Assembly: GCA_964016885.1 (NCBI GenBank)
Contig: OZ024740.1
Span: 165,044,001 to 165,108,000 of the forward strand
Length of the DNA stretch: 64,000 nt
DNA from: Eledone cirrhosa
Taxonomy: Eukaryota
Direction: 5' to 3'
Of this stretch, positions 11,738 through 26,556 are shown piece by piece (within the stretch, counting starts at the first letter, position 1; every line of letters starts with the position of its first letter). Under the pieces are notes generated by a model. It was not told where the DNA came from, ran no database searches, and saw nothing but the letters and a program-made list of their open reading frames with translations. A program made the translations under genes and the position numbers.

Positions 11738-12621
11738 TAATCCTAACTTCTAAGAGAATTTCCTGAATTACCGAGTTGTATGGTAATTTTTTCCATATTA
11801 TGGATATACGTACATTTGAGACTGAATCAATAAATGGTAGATACAGAATGGTGTAAATATTTCAGAATCCTTTTTTCTTCATTTTTGGTCGTTTTTCTCG
11901 CGCTAAGAAAGTTGTGATTTATATCTCCATACAGTCATGAAAATAGAGCAACAATTTATGAAGTGTCTATTGATGAAAACACGACTGCTATTAACATGCT
12001 GTGTTTAGATCTTCAATTTCGATCTTCAATACCGTATAGTGAGGCAGGATATATAGGATATAAGCTATGCATATAAGATGATTTTCGTCTACTTTAAAAA
12101 AGAAACCTATGTCGGTTGGATTCATCTACTTATATGATGAGAAATATGTACTATAACCTTACATCGTTAACTATCTAAATGAAAATTATCATCACAATTG
12201 CAGTTTCCATAATTATGGCAATCGGCTTCATCACGAGACAGGAATAATTTCATCAAGTTAGTTTCGTTTATTGGATTTTATTACGGTCCTTTTCTGCACT
12301 TTAATAACAAGGATTTAAGCAAACTACAAATCATGGACATTATGGAAATAGACATTATACAATTGGACAATATATAAATCGTCATGTTCTTTGTTTATTG
12401 ATGAATTTAAAAGACGATTTCTTATCTCAAACGACTGATACTTTTGCTTCGGATCTAATTTTTCCTCAAGCTCGACAGAAACTGTTTCGTGTTAGGTTGT
12501 ACCTTTATAGGAAGGAGGCATAGAATACTGTTCTTTGCGAATTAAGTGTTATACAATATGTGGCAAAACTAAATTGATTTTATCTAGAGGGAATCTCTAA
12601 TGTAAAAGATTCTTCCAAATG

Positions 12622-12881
12622 TCTAAAGTCTGTCGCGAGCCTGGAAGCTAATCAAGCCGGTGCTTATCCCGGTTTTCGTGGCGTGAAGTGACTGAGAGTA
12701 CAAGACTTCTTCCTGGACAGGGCACCAGACCCCAGATATAGATGGTGCTCATTTTGGGTTGAGTATACTGAAGCAATGGGAAATGAAGGGTTTTGCTCAA
12801 GAACACAGCACACAACCAAGTTTAGGAATCGAACCCAAGATATTATGATCGTAAGTGCAACACGCTTACCACTAGGCCACG
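12622..12881 (-). mobile_element. tRNA-derived SINE, second family (CORE/V-like body)
   Basis: Minus-strand head gtggcctagtggtaagcg (A box) ... gggttcgattcc (B box), followed by gtgttcttgagcaaaacccttca. Confidence 0.7.
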
Positions 12882-13254
12882 TATCTCTACTTCTTCAAAT
12901 CTGCAGATGAATAAATACCTAACAATTTTATAACTGCAGAAGAAATAATTTCAGTTTATCGGTGCATGTTAGCAGTGTTGTAGTTTATAATGTCTTTCAT
13001 TCATCCAGGATAGATATAACAAAGTACCAGGCAAGTAAAGGGGTCGAATTAATCGTATTCCCCGCCTAAACGACTGGACATGAAACTAAAATAAGACACA
13101 ATTAATCGTAATAAAGTCACATCGTGGTACAGAGTCCTTTGGGTGGCATATGACTGACCATATATAAATGCGCGTGTGTGAATTTATATATGCAAATAGA
13201 GATCTAATCGAATTGTCTTATCATGCGCATGCACACAAACGCACATATACATAC

Positions 13255-13290
<36 letters not shown>

Positions 13291-13303
13291 ACGTGTGTGT
13301 GTA

Positions 13304-13642
13304 CTAGCGGAGTAGTCAGCCGTTGACGTTCAAATTTCACCACAGAATACCTCTGTTTCAATTTTTTATGTCAGACCATGTCACCCCCGTTCCTCAACTG
13401 CTATTACCTATTTCCCCTGGCCCGACCCCCTGAATCATCAATATTCCCCATGGTGCTTTCTATGAAAATTTACTCAGTGGAACTGTATGTTGAAGTGGTG
13501 CGTGGCTTGTTGTGTACTTCAGCGTGAGCGTCATCACGTAAAAATCTGGTGGTCTCTGTGAGGACAACTCACTGCTTCATAGCAATAATTCCTGCCAGCA
13601 AACGGCATGAACGGATAAGTTTACGTTGAAGCTATACATAAG
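13304..13642 (-). mobile_element. Possible degenerate non-autonomous Helitron
   Basis: Minus strand ends in CTAG-T after a GC-rich subterminal segment. The 5' end is poorly defined. Confidence 0.3.
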
Positions 13643-16600
13643 TTAACTAATTAAATTGTAACAGTAAGAGTGATTGATAGTATTACTAATTTCATTTTTT
13701 GTTTTCCTTTTATTCTTTTCGGAACCAAGAAACTCCATGTGCCCCCAAACCTTTTCCTTTGGATGCAGATTTTGAATATCAAACCCGATTTTCTCTAAGA
13801 TTTGGAGACTTTCTGCGACATACACACATACATACACATAAAGATGCATACCGACATACACTCTGAAACTTATATCAGTGTATAAGTGTGCAGGTATACA
13901 TGCACGGCATGCTATCATCCTACATATCAGTGTTTCTTGAATGGAAGAAGTAGTTTTTTTTTACCTCTTGAAGTTGAAGATCCATTTTTCGCTACTCAGT
14001 TTTGATATTCATCTAGAAACTTTGAGTTGTAACTGAAAGGATCAGCAGCTTCAAGCAACCCCCCCCCCCCCACACACACACACACATACAAAGGGCGATG
14101 CATGGGATAGAATAGAAATGATAACAAAAGAGGGGAAAATGATATCAGAAATATTTATAGAGATTGTGAGTGAAGATGTAAAGGGATGGATTGGAATGAA
14201 ATTGTGGGACAATAGTACAGAAGTAATGTACAATTTAAACCGTTTTGAAAGCTGAAGAGAGATGTTGTATTTAGATTTTTGTAACAGTATAATATATGGC
14301 TTTTCGGCCAGAAAATCAAATTTAAAATGAAATAATCGCTATAAACCAAAATGCTATACAGGATTTTATTTTAAACCCGATATTTAATCTCTTCACCAAA
14401 TGGTGCCACATTAGTTAAAACTTTTAAAATTTAATTTAAACATTTTCCATGCATTTATTTCATTTAACTTCATATTTTTAATCGTTGTTCATCTTATTGT
14501 TGTTGTAAATCACAAGGACAAGGCATCCCTTCTTCTTTCTTAACCCTTTTCTTAGCCTCTTGTTGTTTAATTGTTATACATATTTATGTATACATTTTTT
14601 TTTGTTGCTGTTTTCGTTTTTCAGATGATTTTCCAATTCCATTTCAACGTACTGATGAGAAGGATAATAATAAAATTATCGTGGAATTGTGATTTCTGTA
14701 AAGCAAGCGTTTCTGTCACCAAAGATTTCTCTTAAATAACGGAAATAACAAGACGACAGCGCAAGTACCCTACCCATCACATTACCCTTGATATCTTTGA
14801 AAATTTAAAAATAAAATATATTGGGAGTATTGGACGAAAGTTTAACCGTCCAACTTCCAATGGGAATAGCCAAATTTCATAGATGACATGATGGAATTTC
14901 GTCAGCAATCTATTTTTTCTTAATATTTTAATGTTTATCTGATATTTTTTGTTCGAATATAATTTTGTAGAAGGAAAAAATACCAAAATAAAACGAAACA
15001 TTATCCTGCTATTTCAAAACTATTTTAATCCTTAACAAAATATCACGATTAGACCTAATACAACTCTAATCGTTTCTTAAGTGTTTTTCCTTGCTTCTTT
15101 TTATTCTCATCTTAGTTTTATTTTTTTTAACTTAACAAAACCCAACTCACACACACAACATACTCAGTCACGCTCAGACGAGACAACATGCAACGCGCGC
15201 GCACTGTCATGCTGCCCTTCTCTCGCCTTATCTTTCCTTTTTCTTTCTCAGTTTTGCTGTAATTTTTCACTTTTTACTCCTCGTTAAATCTGTCTTATAA
15301 TTCAAACATGTCCGTCAAATATCATTTGGGACCACTTTTGAAATATTTCTAGGACTAAACAAAATATATCTGAGATTAGTTTGAAAAATTGGATATTATT
15401 TTCTTTAGATATTCAATATTGCAATGCCTTCTAATCGTCTAAAATTGAGGAACGGCCAGTATAAATTACCTAAAGATGGTTGGTAATAAATACATGATTA
15501 TGTGATAGTTGATAAAATATTATGAGTAAACCTATAAAGATAATGGCATACAAATATACATATATACATACACACATCTACATTTATATGCATTCCTAAA
15601 TATGAAGTAATTTGAAGTATTAGTACTCTTGCCAACCAGCCAGGCCTTGCATGTTTCTTGACCTGCCATTCTATCTTGTTCTAAACAAGCATCAAGAGAT
15701 GGCATAATATACCGAGTTTTGGTGTATTATAATTTTATAACTGATCAAGTAACTCTAAGTGTGTTCACACCATTCCTTTTAATTTTAAAAGAAAAAAATT
15801 AGTTTAGTATGCACCTTGAACAAAATACATTTTTCACTTCTCGCAGAACTTTTCTCTATTCTCATAAAAACCCATTTTTGTTGGACGTAGGGCTTTATTC
15901 TAGTTTTGAAAAGACTTTTAAAGTAAATGCTGATAAAATATTGCACGTTATAACATGCGTGATAATGAACGAAGTTATTTTTTAAATTTTAGCAGAAATG
16001 CGATCATTAACAAATTTTATTTTGCATGACCTTTCCTCTGAAGTGTCTTTCCTATTTCTTTTCTAGAACTTTATATTTTAATTGGAAGATGTTTCAAAAC
16101 GTTTGTAGTCTTTATGTTTCCGAATAACATTTTTTGGCAGTTATCTTTGAAGTTTTATTCATAACGTGAACCAAGAAAATAGTGTTAATTTTTTATGACT
16201 GAATATTCGTTATTAGAACTCAACATTTTTCTGTATTCAGGAAATTATTTGACCATCGTATAAAATATTAATTTTTGGCTGAGATGCACTATTTATTTTA
16301 TATCTTGCAATTAATAATAATTATATAACCAATCTATGATTTATTTTGTGCACATTCTCTTTAAGATAGTCCTCTATCATTTAATGTTGTTTTTCTGGTT
16401 AATTTTGTTTTGTACTGCTTAATATAATCTATCTTAGATAATAATAGTTGATGTAGATAGATTGCGAGTAAATGTGATGATTGCATGGTAAGGTTAACTC
16501 TTAGGACGGTTACAATTAACTTGTTTACGACAGTCGTAGCAAATTTTCGATGGCTTGCACGCTATTGGTTTGTGTCGATGAGATTTTAAAATCTATTTTA

Positions 16601-16749
16601 TTTTTATTTCTAAAGTGTACTCGAAATATATTTTGAGGCATTTAGAGACATTGCGTTATGAGAAAATTTAAACGGAGTAGAAAGCCAAAAGCAATACAGT
16701 AAATGAAATATATAATTATTTGATTTAGAGCGTCATCCAAAATGACACG

Positions 16750-17070
16750 AGTTATTTGTTCCAACATTTTACATACTGAGCTCAATTCTCAGTGAACAAT
16801 TTACATTCAATCGTTATGTTGTCGATAAAATAGAGTATAAATTGAGGGCTGGAACTATGTAATTGACTAAACACTTCCACCAAATCTATGGTATTTTGTC
16901 TATTTGAGAAATTATTTTAGTACCCTGGATTAGCAGAAACGTTTGGGCGTCGACAAAATATGAGTAAAGCGGAGTACACACTGCTATACAGCCTTTATAA
17001 CAGTCATATCTGTTTAAGTTCCAAGTTCAAATCCCACCTTGCTCAATTTTACGTATCATCCACCCGGGGT
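16750..17070 (+). mobile_element. Two degenerate SINE copies
   Basis: Decayed gtcgataaaata and agttcaaatccc motifs. Confidence 0.5.
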
Positions 17071-17499
17071 TTTACTCATACTTAAGCGTAATCTTGTGGT
17101 GTATAAATTACATTGAAAGGAACAAATTGCGCTATTTCTGACTCCCGGAAAATTTTGGAATTATTTCTGAAAGTATTAGCTCCGTTATCAACATATCTAT
17201 TTTAAAGGCGTTCGGCCAACAAAGTAGTACCCTGATATTACCTCATCATTAATAAACAATTGACAACGGAATCAGTTGTGATGTATGTAAGATATCATGT
17301 CAAATACTGGTATTGCTAGGAAACTGAACTATATCCGTGAGTTTAAAAGTAGTTTAGTTTCATGTTTTGAAAATAGCCATACATCTTTCTCTAAACTATG
17401 ACAACTGTTCTTGAATTTGCGAACCATATATCAGATTCCACTGAAAGAGTTAAAACGAATTTTTGAATTCTGTAATAAATGAGACTACTGAGAATGCTA

Positions 17500-18400
17500 A
17501 CTCTTGGTGACGGCTTCACCCCATTGGTGTCTAACGTATTATTTCTGTTGGATACTCCTGCAGTAAGATTTCGGGAATTTTGATACTACTTGGTTCAAGT
17601 GTAACACGAATGATGACATTTAAAGTGGTTACAGATCTTTGAATGAACCAATGTTTACTTCTATTCTCACACTGCAAATCTTGTCTGAATACATTTTGCG
17701 TTAAATAAAGTAGCTGTGCATAGAACTTCTCTAACAATGTTTGTTGAGACAAGTAGTTCATAAAAGCTTATCGCTGACTTAGTTGTGTGTAATCGAATGT
17801 TGACACCTAGTGACTATAATATATTATTTCAGCTGTTTTAGTTTATAAAGAAGAAAACATTCTGAACTAAATAGGGATGTGTTATATTTGGTGTGTGTAT
17901 GATAATCCTGGTGTACTCTAAATCTATTTAATTCTGTTAAGGTAGAATTCCATGTCTAACAATTGAACATGAAATTTTCTCTTTGGACTACCTTATGATC
18001 GATCGGCTCTGTTCAGAATCTGTTCTAGTGTATGACCAGATTTTAATTTTATAATTAGAAAATTCCGTAAATGTATATAATCTGATGTCAAGTTTATTCG
18101 ATCGGAAGTGAATAGAGTGCCTGTGGATGACAGGCTATTAATTGACCTCTACGAAATTAGTTGACATTTAAATATTTGACTACACCCTAACATAAATTTC
18201 TTAGTTAACTAAATAACGTGTTACTAAATCTCAAGTTACTAAATCTCTAGTACTTACGTAGTGTGCACCAACCTGATGCATTGTTTTGAGGTAAATGATC
18301 AGTTATTTCCGCTTGAACCTCTTACTCTCGGTTTTACATCTTAGAAAAGGCTTTGAGTGTTTCCAACGAATTATATACATTTTTAGGCATAAAATGAGTT
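17500..18400 (-). pseudogene. Possible very old hAT-type transposase fossil
   Basis: Manual translation gives HYVSTRDL (resembling H..TRWL) and a C-terminal NAKC...TLNVIIRV-like segment, with many stops. Confidence 0.25.
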
Positions 18401-18872
18401 AAAAAATTCGTATGCTTATTTAAACGATGTCACCGTACGTGGTAATGTCAATGAGAAACATCTAAATTCTTTAAATTTAATATGAAACTGATTTACGATT
18501 GATGTAAAATTTCACTAAATATATTTGTATTCTAGCTTAATGAATTAGCCGTTGCGAATAATGTACTGATTTCTCACTTTTGACTCCGGTTATGTCAATA
18601 CAATGATGCCTGGGAAACCTTTTATGAGGTAAAAGCCTTACTTAAATTGATATTCAACTTGAGGTTATACATACTTTACACAGTTGCTACCCTTCCCTTT
18701 TTGCTGAATCTTGGTAGTTTGTATTTGTGTTAACAAAAGGAATGATTAACTATAAATATTGTAAATATTTGATTGTAATTGATGATATTATTAGGGAAGA
18801 TGGCAGATAATATCTATTATAGTTGCATTATTCAATTCCTCAATCTAGTTCCAATTTTTATCTTCAAAATGA

Positions 18873-19806
18873 TCTATATATATAAAACTGAGCATGTCTG
18901 TCTGTGTGTGTGTGAGTTCGAAAACGTAAAACTAAAGAAGCACCCAACCAACTGTTTTCAAACTTTACACATGTAATACTTATGTTTCAGGGAGTGTTAT
19001 GAGCAAAAAAAAAATTTCAAATTTTCAATGCACTAGGGACCGCTTTATGCGATTTAGCGATCTCTCTCTATAATTCTTAGTCTTTCTCTTCTTACATACA
19101 TATAACGTCGCGCCCTTATAATCTCTGTCTCGCTGTAATAGCTTCAGTTTGTTTACTTACGTGCCTTTACGAGAACAAAAGTTACTATTTTACCGCTTAG
19201 TATTGTAGAGAAGCACCAAACCGACTGTTTTCAGACTTTACACATGTAATACTTCTGTTTCAGGGAGTGTTCTGTGCAAAAACAATTTCAAATTTTCAAT
19301 GCCCTAGGGATCGCATTAGGCGATTTAGTGATCTCGCTCTATAATTCTTAGTCTTTCTCTTTTTAGATAGATACATACTTATAACACCATGCCCTTATAA
19401 TATATGTCTGTATGTCTGATGTCTGCATTATGTCACTTCCCTGAGGATGTGTGTTTGTGTGTGTGTGAGTTTGAATCTCTAAAACTCGAGAAGTACCCAA
19501 CCGATTTTTTTCAAACTTGACATTTGTATTACTTATGTTTCAGGGAGTGTTATGGACATAAAGTTCAACTCTTTTATCTCCTAGGGCCCGCATTAGGTGA
19601 AAAACTGCGTTTTTGAACATTTTTAGGGGTATTTTGAGGCGTTACGTCAGACCGATTTTCTTGAAATTGTAACTATGTATTAGACAGTCCCTTCTTCATA
19701 CCGTAAGCAAAGAAAATCCAACTTTCTTATGGCCTAGGTCCCGCATTAGGTGAAAAACTTCATTCCAAAATACCTTATCCCGTGCAACGCCGGGTACCAC
19801 TGCTAG
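18873..19806 (+). mobile_element. Non-autonomous Helitron
   Basis: A|TCTATATATATAAAACTGAG ... cccgtgcaacgccggg hairpin ... CTAG|T; internal subrepeats; homologous to 55413-56366. Confidence 0.88.
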
Positions 19807-20829
19807 TTATCTATATTGTTGTTCATATTATTGTTGATAATGGTATTCAAGCTAATGTTAAATATTTAATTATTTAAGTATTTTCCTTCAGTTGTACAAT
19901 CTTTTATTGTCATTTACCTAGGTGCTGATCATAGACATTCTACATTGTATTTGTATCGGTTTATTTTTCTTAAAATTTGAGATATTTTTCTTACTATTGC
20001 TGCAATCTTCATTTTATTTGTTTTTATTTACACTAATTTTTATTAGAAAGAATTTTCAAATGAAATTGACTGTAATGTTTTATCCACTGAACAGAGATTT
20101 GATAAATTTGGGGGAAAGATAATTCTATGCCATCCCAAACGTACCGAGATTGTCAATTATCTGACAGCGTACATTTGATCAAATAGACAACATGCATGTA
20201 AATACTCATGAAAATGCAGATAACATTTAAAACATTCAGCAAGCTAAAAATAAAATTAAAATCTACATTCACAAACATTGTAGAAACGTGAGCTTCTCAA
20301 TATAGCAACGAGACCCCCTACCACAGAATTCCTAACGTATTCAAAACGGATATTCGATATTTTTTAAGTTTAAAAGCTTATGGTGATACGTTCTACAATA
20401 GGATAGAGTGGCTACAACTAGAAAGGTCATTGGAATGATTCATTCGATAAAATTCGACAAATCATTGGAGACGCTCAAAAACAGTACTCTCAAAATATAT
20501 GAACAACAATCAAAACACGATGCTCACATATACACATACACACGAAACACGCATACACAAAAATACGTAGATATGCTCGCGTGCGCTTACATTAACAACA
20601 GAGATAGACATTTGCAATAAAGAAATATGTGCAGAAATTCCTATAAGGTGATGTAAAAAAATTGGTCGCATATATATTTTTGTCTACATTATTCATGTTT
20701 TGACAAAATCTGATAAAGTTCCGAATTTATTTAGTACTAACCATTAGAAACAACATATCACATATTCATTACGTTAAGTTGCAGCACCAAGTGTTTTTGA
20801 GCGACTCCAATGATTTCTGTCGAACTTGA

Positions 20830-21430
20830 TCGAATGAAACATGGGCCAATCCTTCCTCACTCAGAAATGGCAGCCCGGGTAGTACATGTAGCCGAGTGGA
20901 GAGGGTTCACAGACACTTCAGTGGGTTTCTCTGACTCCCTGAAGACATTGATCTTCCACTCTAATTGAAAGTGGATTTCATCAAAGGTTCATTGCAAATT
21001 CAAATAATCTGGGTTGTTCGACATCTTCTCCAGCATGTTCTCAACCGTAGCCTTTCCATCTGTCTAATCAGATAGATTAAGATTTTATTTAGTCTGTATT
21101 CTGTAGGGGTACTTCTTAAGATCCTCTTTGACAATCCTTCTGCAATTTTCTGTGGTGAGATGCAAGGAATGGTTTCTCCTGCTATGTTCAACAGATTCTT
21201 GGGCCATGTCAATAAATATTTGTGGGCGTTACCTGGGTCATCCAGAGAGGGCAGGACTGTCTGTTGACATTATATTGAATTTCTTCCCTCGTGGTTCTCA
21301 AACTTCTGGACCAATTTTTGTGTATTAGATTTGAAGAGAAATTTGTCCGTTCCAGAAATGCATGGAATTATTTCTAAACCTGCATCTACGAGCAACAATT
21401 ATAGTAGTGTTCCACACGTTTAAGGTTTTT
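20830..21430 (-). pseudogene. Tc1/mariner transposase fossil, rosa/DD41D-like (Tc3-like)
   Basis: Manual translation across stops: CRRIVKEDLKKYPYRIQ ... NNPDYL..*TFDEIHF ... PLHSATCT..AAISE*GRIGPCF. Confidence 0.7.
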
Positions 21431-21879
21431 ACCGTTCATTCCAGCGCAGGCACCTAAGAAAACATGTAGATGCAAGTTACGCCTTTAGGTGAATTACACA
21501 AAGATAGAAGAAAAAGCAACACAAATGTGTCAACTGACAAAGAAGGGAGGGAACGATGCGCCAGTGCTTAGCCAAAAGAGAAAACATAGAGAAAGGAGAT
21601 AAATCGTAAAAGAGAAGAGAATAATAAAGATTGTAATTCAACGTGCAGAGAAAGAAAAAAGGCACTGGTGTAGTAAAGGTAATATATAAGGCGTGGAAAA
21701 GCAACACCATTGACTTTTTATTTTTAAAAGCCTTCGAGACTGGTGTGAAGGAAGGAGGGAGTCATCCTAAAACACGTGACTTCAGACGATATGTTCACAA
21801 TAGAGTGAACTGCACGAATCAAGTGGCTACATTAAACCCAAGAATTCAGAAGTAGACGTGTCAGAATCCGATCTTCCAA

Positions 21880-22020
21880 TACCCTGGGCGGGTATGTTAG
21901 TCTATCGACCCTGAAAGATAGAAGAAAGCGGTACTCGGTACGGTTAGTTCACAGCAGGGAACTGGATCAATTTTCCGCTACGCATTTTCACCTAATTTCT
22001 AATGACTTTACCAATTCACT
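21880..22020 (-). mobile_element. Degenerate SINE
   Basis: tatcgaccctgaaagatagaag ... gactttaccaattcac. Confidence 0.5.
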
Positions 22021-22327
22021 ACCTATTATATGTAAAGCGCGAGAAAAATATGGGAAGGTCATGGATGGAAATGGTGTAACCCTCACCAAGAGCAACCTCA
22101 CAAAAAGTTATTATTAATTACAGCGTGTTTCACACAACCATCACAAAGTCTATCACTATTACATTTCATCATTTTCAGGATCATCATCGTCATGATGAAC
22201 ATCATCCTCATCATCATCATCATCAGCGACGTCACCTATAGCAGTAGCGGTTATATATATCAGTGGGCAGACCTTGAACTCAGAATCTGATAGTTATGTA
22301 TACATATGTAGATATCCACTTATATCT

Positions 22328-22605
<278 letters not shown>

Positions 22606-23911
22606 TAATTATTTATTCATGTGCTTCTGAGTAATTTCAAATTTTGGCAAAATGTAACCAGAGACTAAATGATTCTAGTAAGCAACGCAAAGCCTGGACG
22701 ATTGTGATTCTCTATAGATTTCTGGTGGTGACTCACCTACAGATCGGTACAAAGAGTAAAGTTTTAAATCTTTGCAGTTTCTTTACTAGAATACATCAAT
22801 ATGCCATTAGCGTGGATGAAACTTTTAATGTATTCAGAAAGCAAAATTGTTCTGGAATATGCATTATATATATGTGTGTGAGAGTGATTTAGAGATATGT
22901 ATGAGTGTATGCATATAGGTGTGTGTGTGTATTTTTGTATGAATAGATGGATGGACGGAAGGATGAACGTATATGTAATTATATATATATATATATGTGT
23001 CTGTGTGTGCGTGCGTTTGTTTGTGTTTGTGAGTGTATGCGAGTGTTTGTGTATAAAATATGCGTGTAAACATATGTATGTATGTTAATAATTTGTATGC
23101 ATAATGCATATATCTCTATACAAAAGAAATATTGTATATGCGGCGATGAGTGTACAACAGTTGTAAACTATTCGTTTGCATTCGTTACGACTGCCTCATG
23201 CATTTTCATGGTAATTCGAACTGATAATCAGAGTTTCGTATGCGTCTTAATCTAAAGTTAACGACTTCGATTCCTTGAAATGACTTGATGAAGAATGATG
23301 CAATGTTATTTGGTGTGATAAATGATTAAATCCTATCGTATCCGTTTGTGCTAAATCGATATCAATGACTTTTATATCTGAATGTAGTGTAACCTTTATT
23401 CGGAAATAAATTAATTTAGACAAAATATGTGATATTATTGTACATATGGGGTTAAATTTCTCAGATATTTGAAATCAATATTGCAATAGGGCCGTGAGCT
23501 AAAATATGTTTGTCAGATAGATAAAATATCTTTGACTTGTAAAATATTGTTGTGGCTTTTAATGAGTAAAGAGATAAAATACTAGAATCAAGATTATCAA
23601 TTTTGCTTATGGAAAGACGTGCAGCGGATTAATTTAGCGCAACATAGGCAGTTTAGCTACAATCAGAGACATATCTTAGGAAATAATAGATACACTAAAA
23701 AATGGGCAAAGGCCAAGTGTACTACATAACTTATTGGCTCCTCTGAATTTGGAATGTTTGATATCCTGAGAGATTTAGGTGGAATGAGAGAAAGAATGAA
23801 TATGGTAAAAAAAAAAAAAGAAAACTAAAATAATATTCAATTAAAATCCTATTTGGAGTTGACGTTCTCTTTCAGTAATGCATGGCCAATAAATTAATAG
23901 TAATATTAAAA

Positions 23912-24222
23912 TTAATTATAATTTAAGCACAAGGTCAGTAAATTATTGAGAAAGGCAAAGTTAATTAACTCAACCGTAGTGTTTGACTGGTATGTTATAC
24001 TATTGACCCCAGAATGATAAAAAGCAGAGTTGACTTCAATGGGATTTGAACATAAAAAGGCGTAAGTAAATACCACCTGACATTTTGGACTCAGCTTTAA
24101 AGATTCCGCCACTTTACAACATTGTATAATGATCATTGTTTCTACATTTGCCACAAGGCCAGTAATTAATCCAGTGCATTACTGGTACTTTATTTTATCG
24201 ACCCCGTAAGGATGAAAGGCAA
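23912..24222 (-). mobile_element. Two adjacent SINE copies
   Basis: gcacaaggtcag...attgaccccagaatgata...gggatttgaac, and ccacaaggccag...tatcgaccccgtaaggatgaaaggcaaa. Confidence 0.7.
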
Positions 24223-24717
24223 ACACTAAATAATGATAATATTAGAAATCACCTGTATGTCTTTGTATATTCGGTTTACCAGCAAGTAGTACGGGACACG
24301 AGTATTGCAGATTGGGGTTTGTGTGTGTCTGCTTAATAACATATTTTAAATCACTCAACATAAACTCCGTTTACTAACAGTTGAATATTATATATTTTTT
24401 ATACTTTGGAAAAAAACCCTCTGATGAAAGAATCTTCTTCTAGTATTACTTGTCATAATTTATTAAGATGGTCAATATACATTCTTGATTCCAGGAACTA
24501 CAATCAGAGAAAAGATGCGAGTAAAGCTTTCTCGTATTAGTTGGATCTACTAGTACTCTACCCGTCGATTTGCATAAATTACTCTATATATATATGCTTC
24601 TACGATTGAGATATATTTATTTAAAATTTATCCTAGTAGTTTTAATTCGATAGTGATCCTAAAGCCTATATTACGGAAGAGGATATGCGTTTGGGGCTAT
24701 ACCTTGTGCAGGGCATG

Positions 24718-24760
<43 letters not shown>

Positions 24761-24763
<3 letters not shown>

Positions 24764-25420
24764 AACAAACGTGCTGCGTGGTTGCAAATGGGTTACATAT
24801 GAATAAAGTTAGTCCTTCATCAGTGATCTTCCAACCATCATTGGTATTTCATCGCTTTAAAGACCATATACCTCCGGTTGGTGCGAGCAACGGCTAAAGA
24901 AAGTCGTTGGGACACGTAAATAAGAGGAACGAGCGAGAGTGTAAACAAACAAAGATGGTAAAGCAACGAAAAGTGAGGAAGAAAGAGTCATGTCCCAGAT
25001 TTTCATGAATATAAGTTCGGTGAAATCGTGAACGAGAGAGAATAAAGACCATCAAACCTAGTCGAAATGTGAGCAAGGAAGGAATTCCGGACAGGTCAAA
25101 CGGGAGGAAGAAGGAGTCCAGTCCGTGAATTCGGTAAACATAAGTTCTGTGACATCGTAGACGAGAGAGAGAAAAGGGGAACCAGCCTGGTCAAGCTTGC
25201 GAGAGAAAAGAATTACGCACAGGTCAAACGGGAGGAAGTAGGAGAGGTAGTAGCAAAGAGTGAGTGAGTGAAGGGTGAGGAAGAGGCTAACAGAGAGAGT
25301 GACTGTTAGAGAGGGTGAAGATACAGAGAAAGAGGAAGCAGTAAGAACGAAATAGACGGGTCACAGCGGGGGAAAATATATGTGTGAATATGAGAACAAA
25401 CGTACTGCGTGGTTGCAAAC
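24761..25420 (-). mobile_element. Family D element, one monomer plus terminal redundancy (631 bp period)
   Basis: agaacaaacgt(g/a)ctgcgtggttgcaaa at 24762 and 25393; circular permutation of 8898-9851; candidate ribozyme motif at 24812-24881. Confidence 0.85.
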
Positions 25421-26112
25421 AGTTCTTGGCGTAGCTGTCCTGCCTGTAAAAGAGTAAAATGGTGTAGATATCTCTCTGTGTGTGTGCGTGTGCGTACGCG
25501 GGTATGTGTGCACGCATCTGTGCGTATGTGTGTTTTTGTGTGTATACGCATGTGTGTCTGGCTGTACACATTTTTCTACATCAAAACATAATCATATTAC
25601 TTTTATTTCTCACCATTCTGTTTACGAAACTAGCAGCAACAACGCTACCGTTATCATCTCTACACTATAAAGTATGATAAAATCCCTATCTATACTATAT
25701 AGACAAGACAAGCATATCGAAATCATACACATAGATAAAACCGCAACATTAATAACTTCATTATTCCCAAAGCCTCTTCTGGGATGCACATCAAAAACAA
25801 TTGGTCTACTACCTCCGTACCATAGGACTGCCGTATCAAGTTACCCTCTGACTACACAACAGCAACATCAACGATTTAACGATTAACTACAACTTCAAGG
25901 CTAGGCCTAATAGAAAGGGGAGCCAAAGTCTCCTTCAATCTTGATTTTACAGTCATAAAATGGAATTGAAACACTTGATAATTTAGGCCCAAAATAGTGT
26001 CAAAATAACATATGCATTTGTCAAAGCTGGAATGCTTTTGTCCATAGATATGTTCAATCAAAGCTGATCCGAAGCTAAGCAGCAACAAAATAAAAAAAGT
26101 AGATAACCACAT

Positions 26113-26151
26113 AATCATCGTCGTCGTCATCGTCATTATAATTACCACCAC

Positions 26152-26192
<41 letters not shown>

Positions 26193-26280
26193 ACCCCATC
26201 ATCGTCGTCGTCGTCATTATCATTTCTCTAGTCGCCATCATCAGCATCATCACCAACACTATTATTACGATCATGATAAT
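26113..26280. repeat. (CAT)n/(CGT)n trinucleotide repeat
   Basis: Direct reading. Confidence 0.85.
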
Positions 26281-26353
26281 AACCAACGCAATCAAAAATG
26301 TATCTTTATCTCACGCAGTCATTGAAAAATAGACATACACACTCTAATCTCAT

Positions 26354-26552
26354 AAGTAAGGTCTCCAAAGCGATGGGGACGCAGAGAAACTGTTCGTACG
26401 GCTGTTGGCAGAACTGTTGTTATTGGTGCTTCCTTCACTCCCAAACAAGCATGCGCGCGCTTCATTGTGATGCTCAATCTTGGCTTGGCAGCCGTTGAGA
26501 ATGGAGCTCCCGTTGAACGCTACCGCCAAGTGCGAATTTCGCGCAGTTATTA
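26354..26552 (+). mobile_element. 5' fragment of a mariner element
   Basis: Partial TIR aagtaaggtctcc at 26354. ATG at 26501 gives MELPLNATAKCEFRAVI, resembling the mariner N-terminal (E.RAVI) motif. Confidence 0.55.
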
Positions 26553-26556
26553 TATA

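Noticed and set aside
14650-14695. CTGATGA followed by a hairpin; similar cases at 24421 and 51864
   Set aside because: GAAA, the cleavage triplet or stem I cannot be assigned. The 7-mer is expected by chance several times in 64 kb.
25876-26295. 139 aa Met-rich ORF
   Set aside because: Driven by the (CAT)n repeat, with no domain signal.
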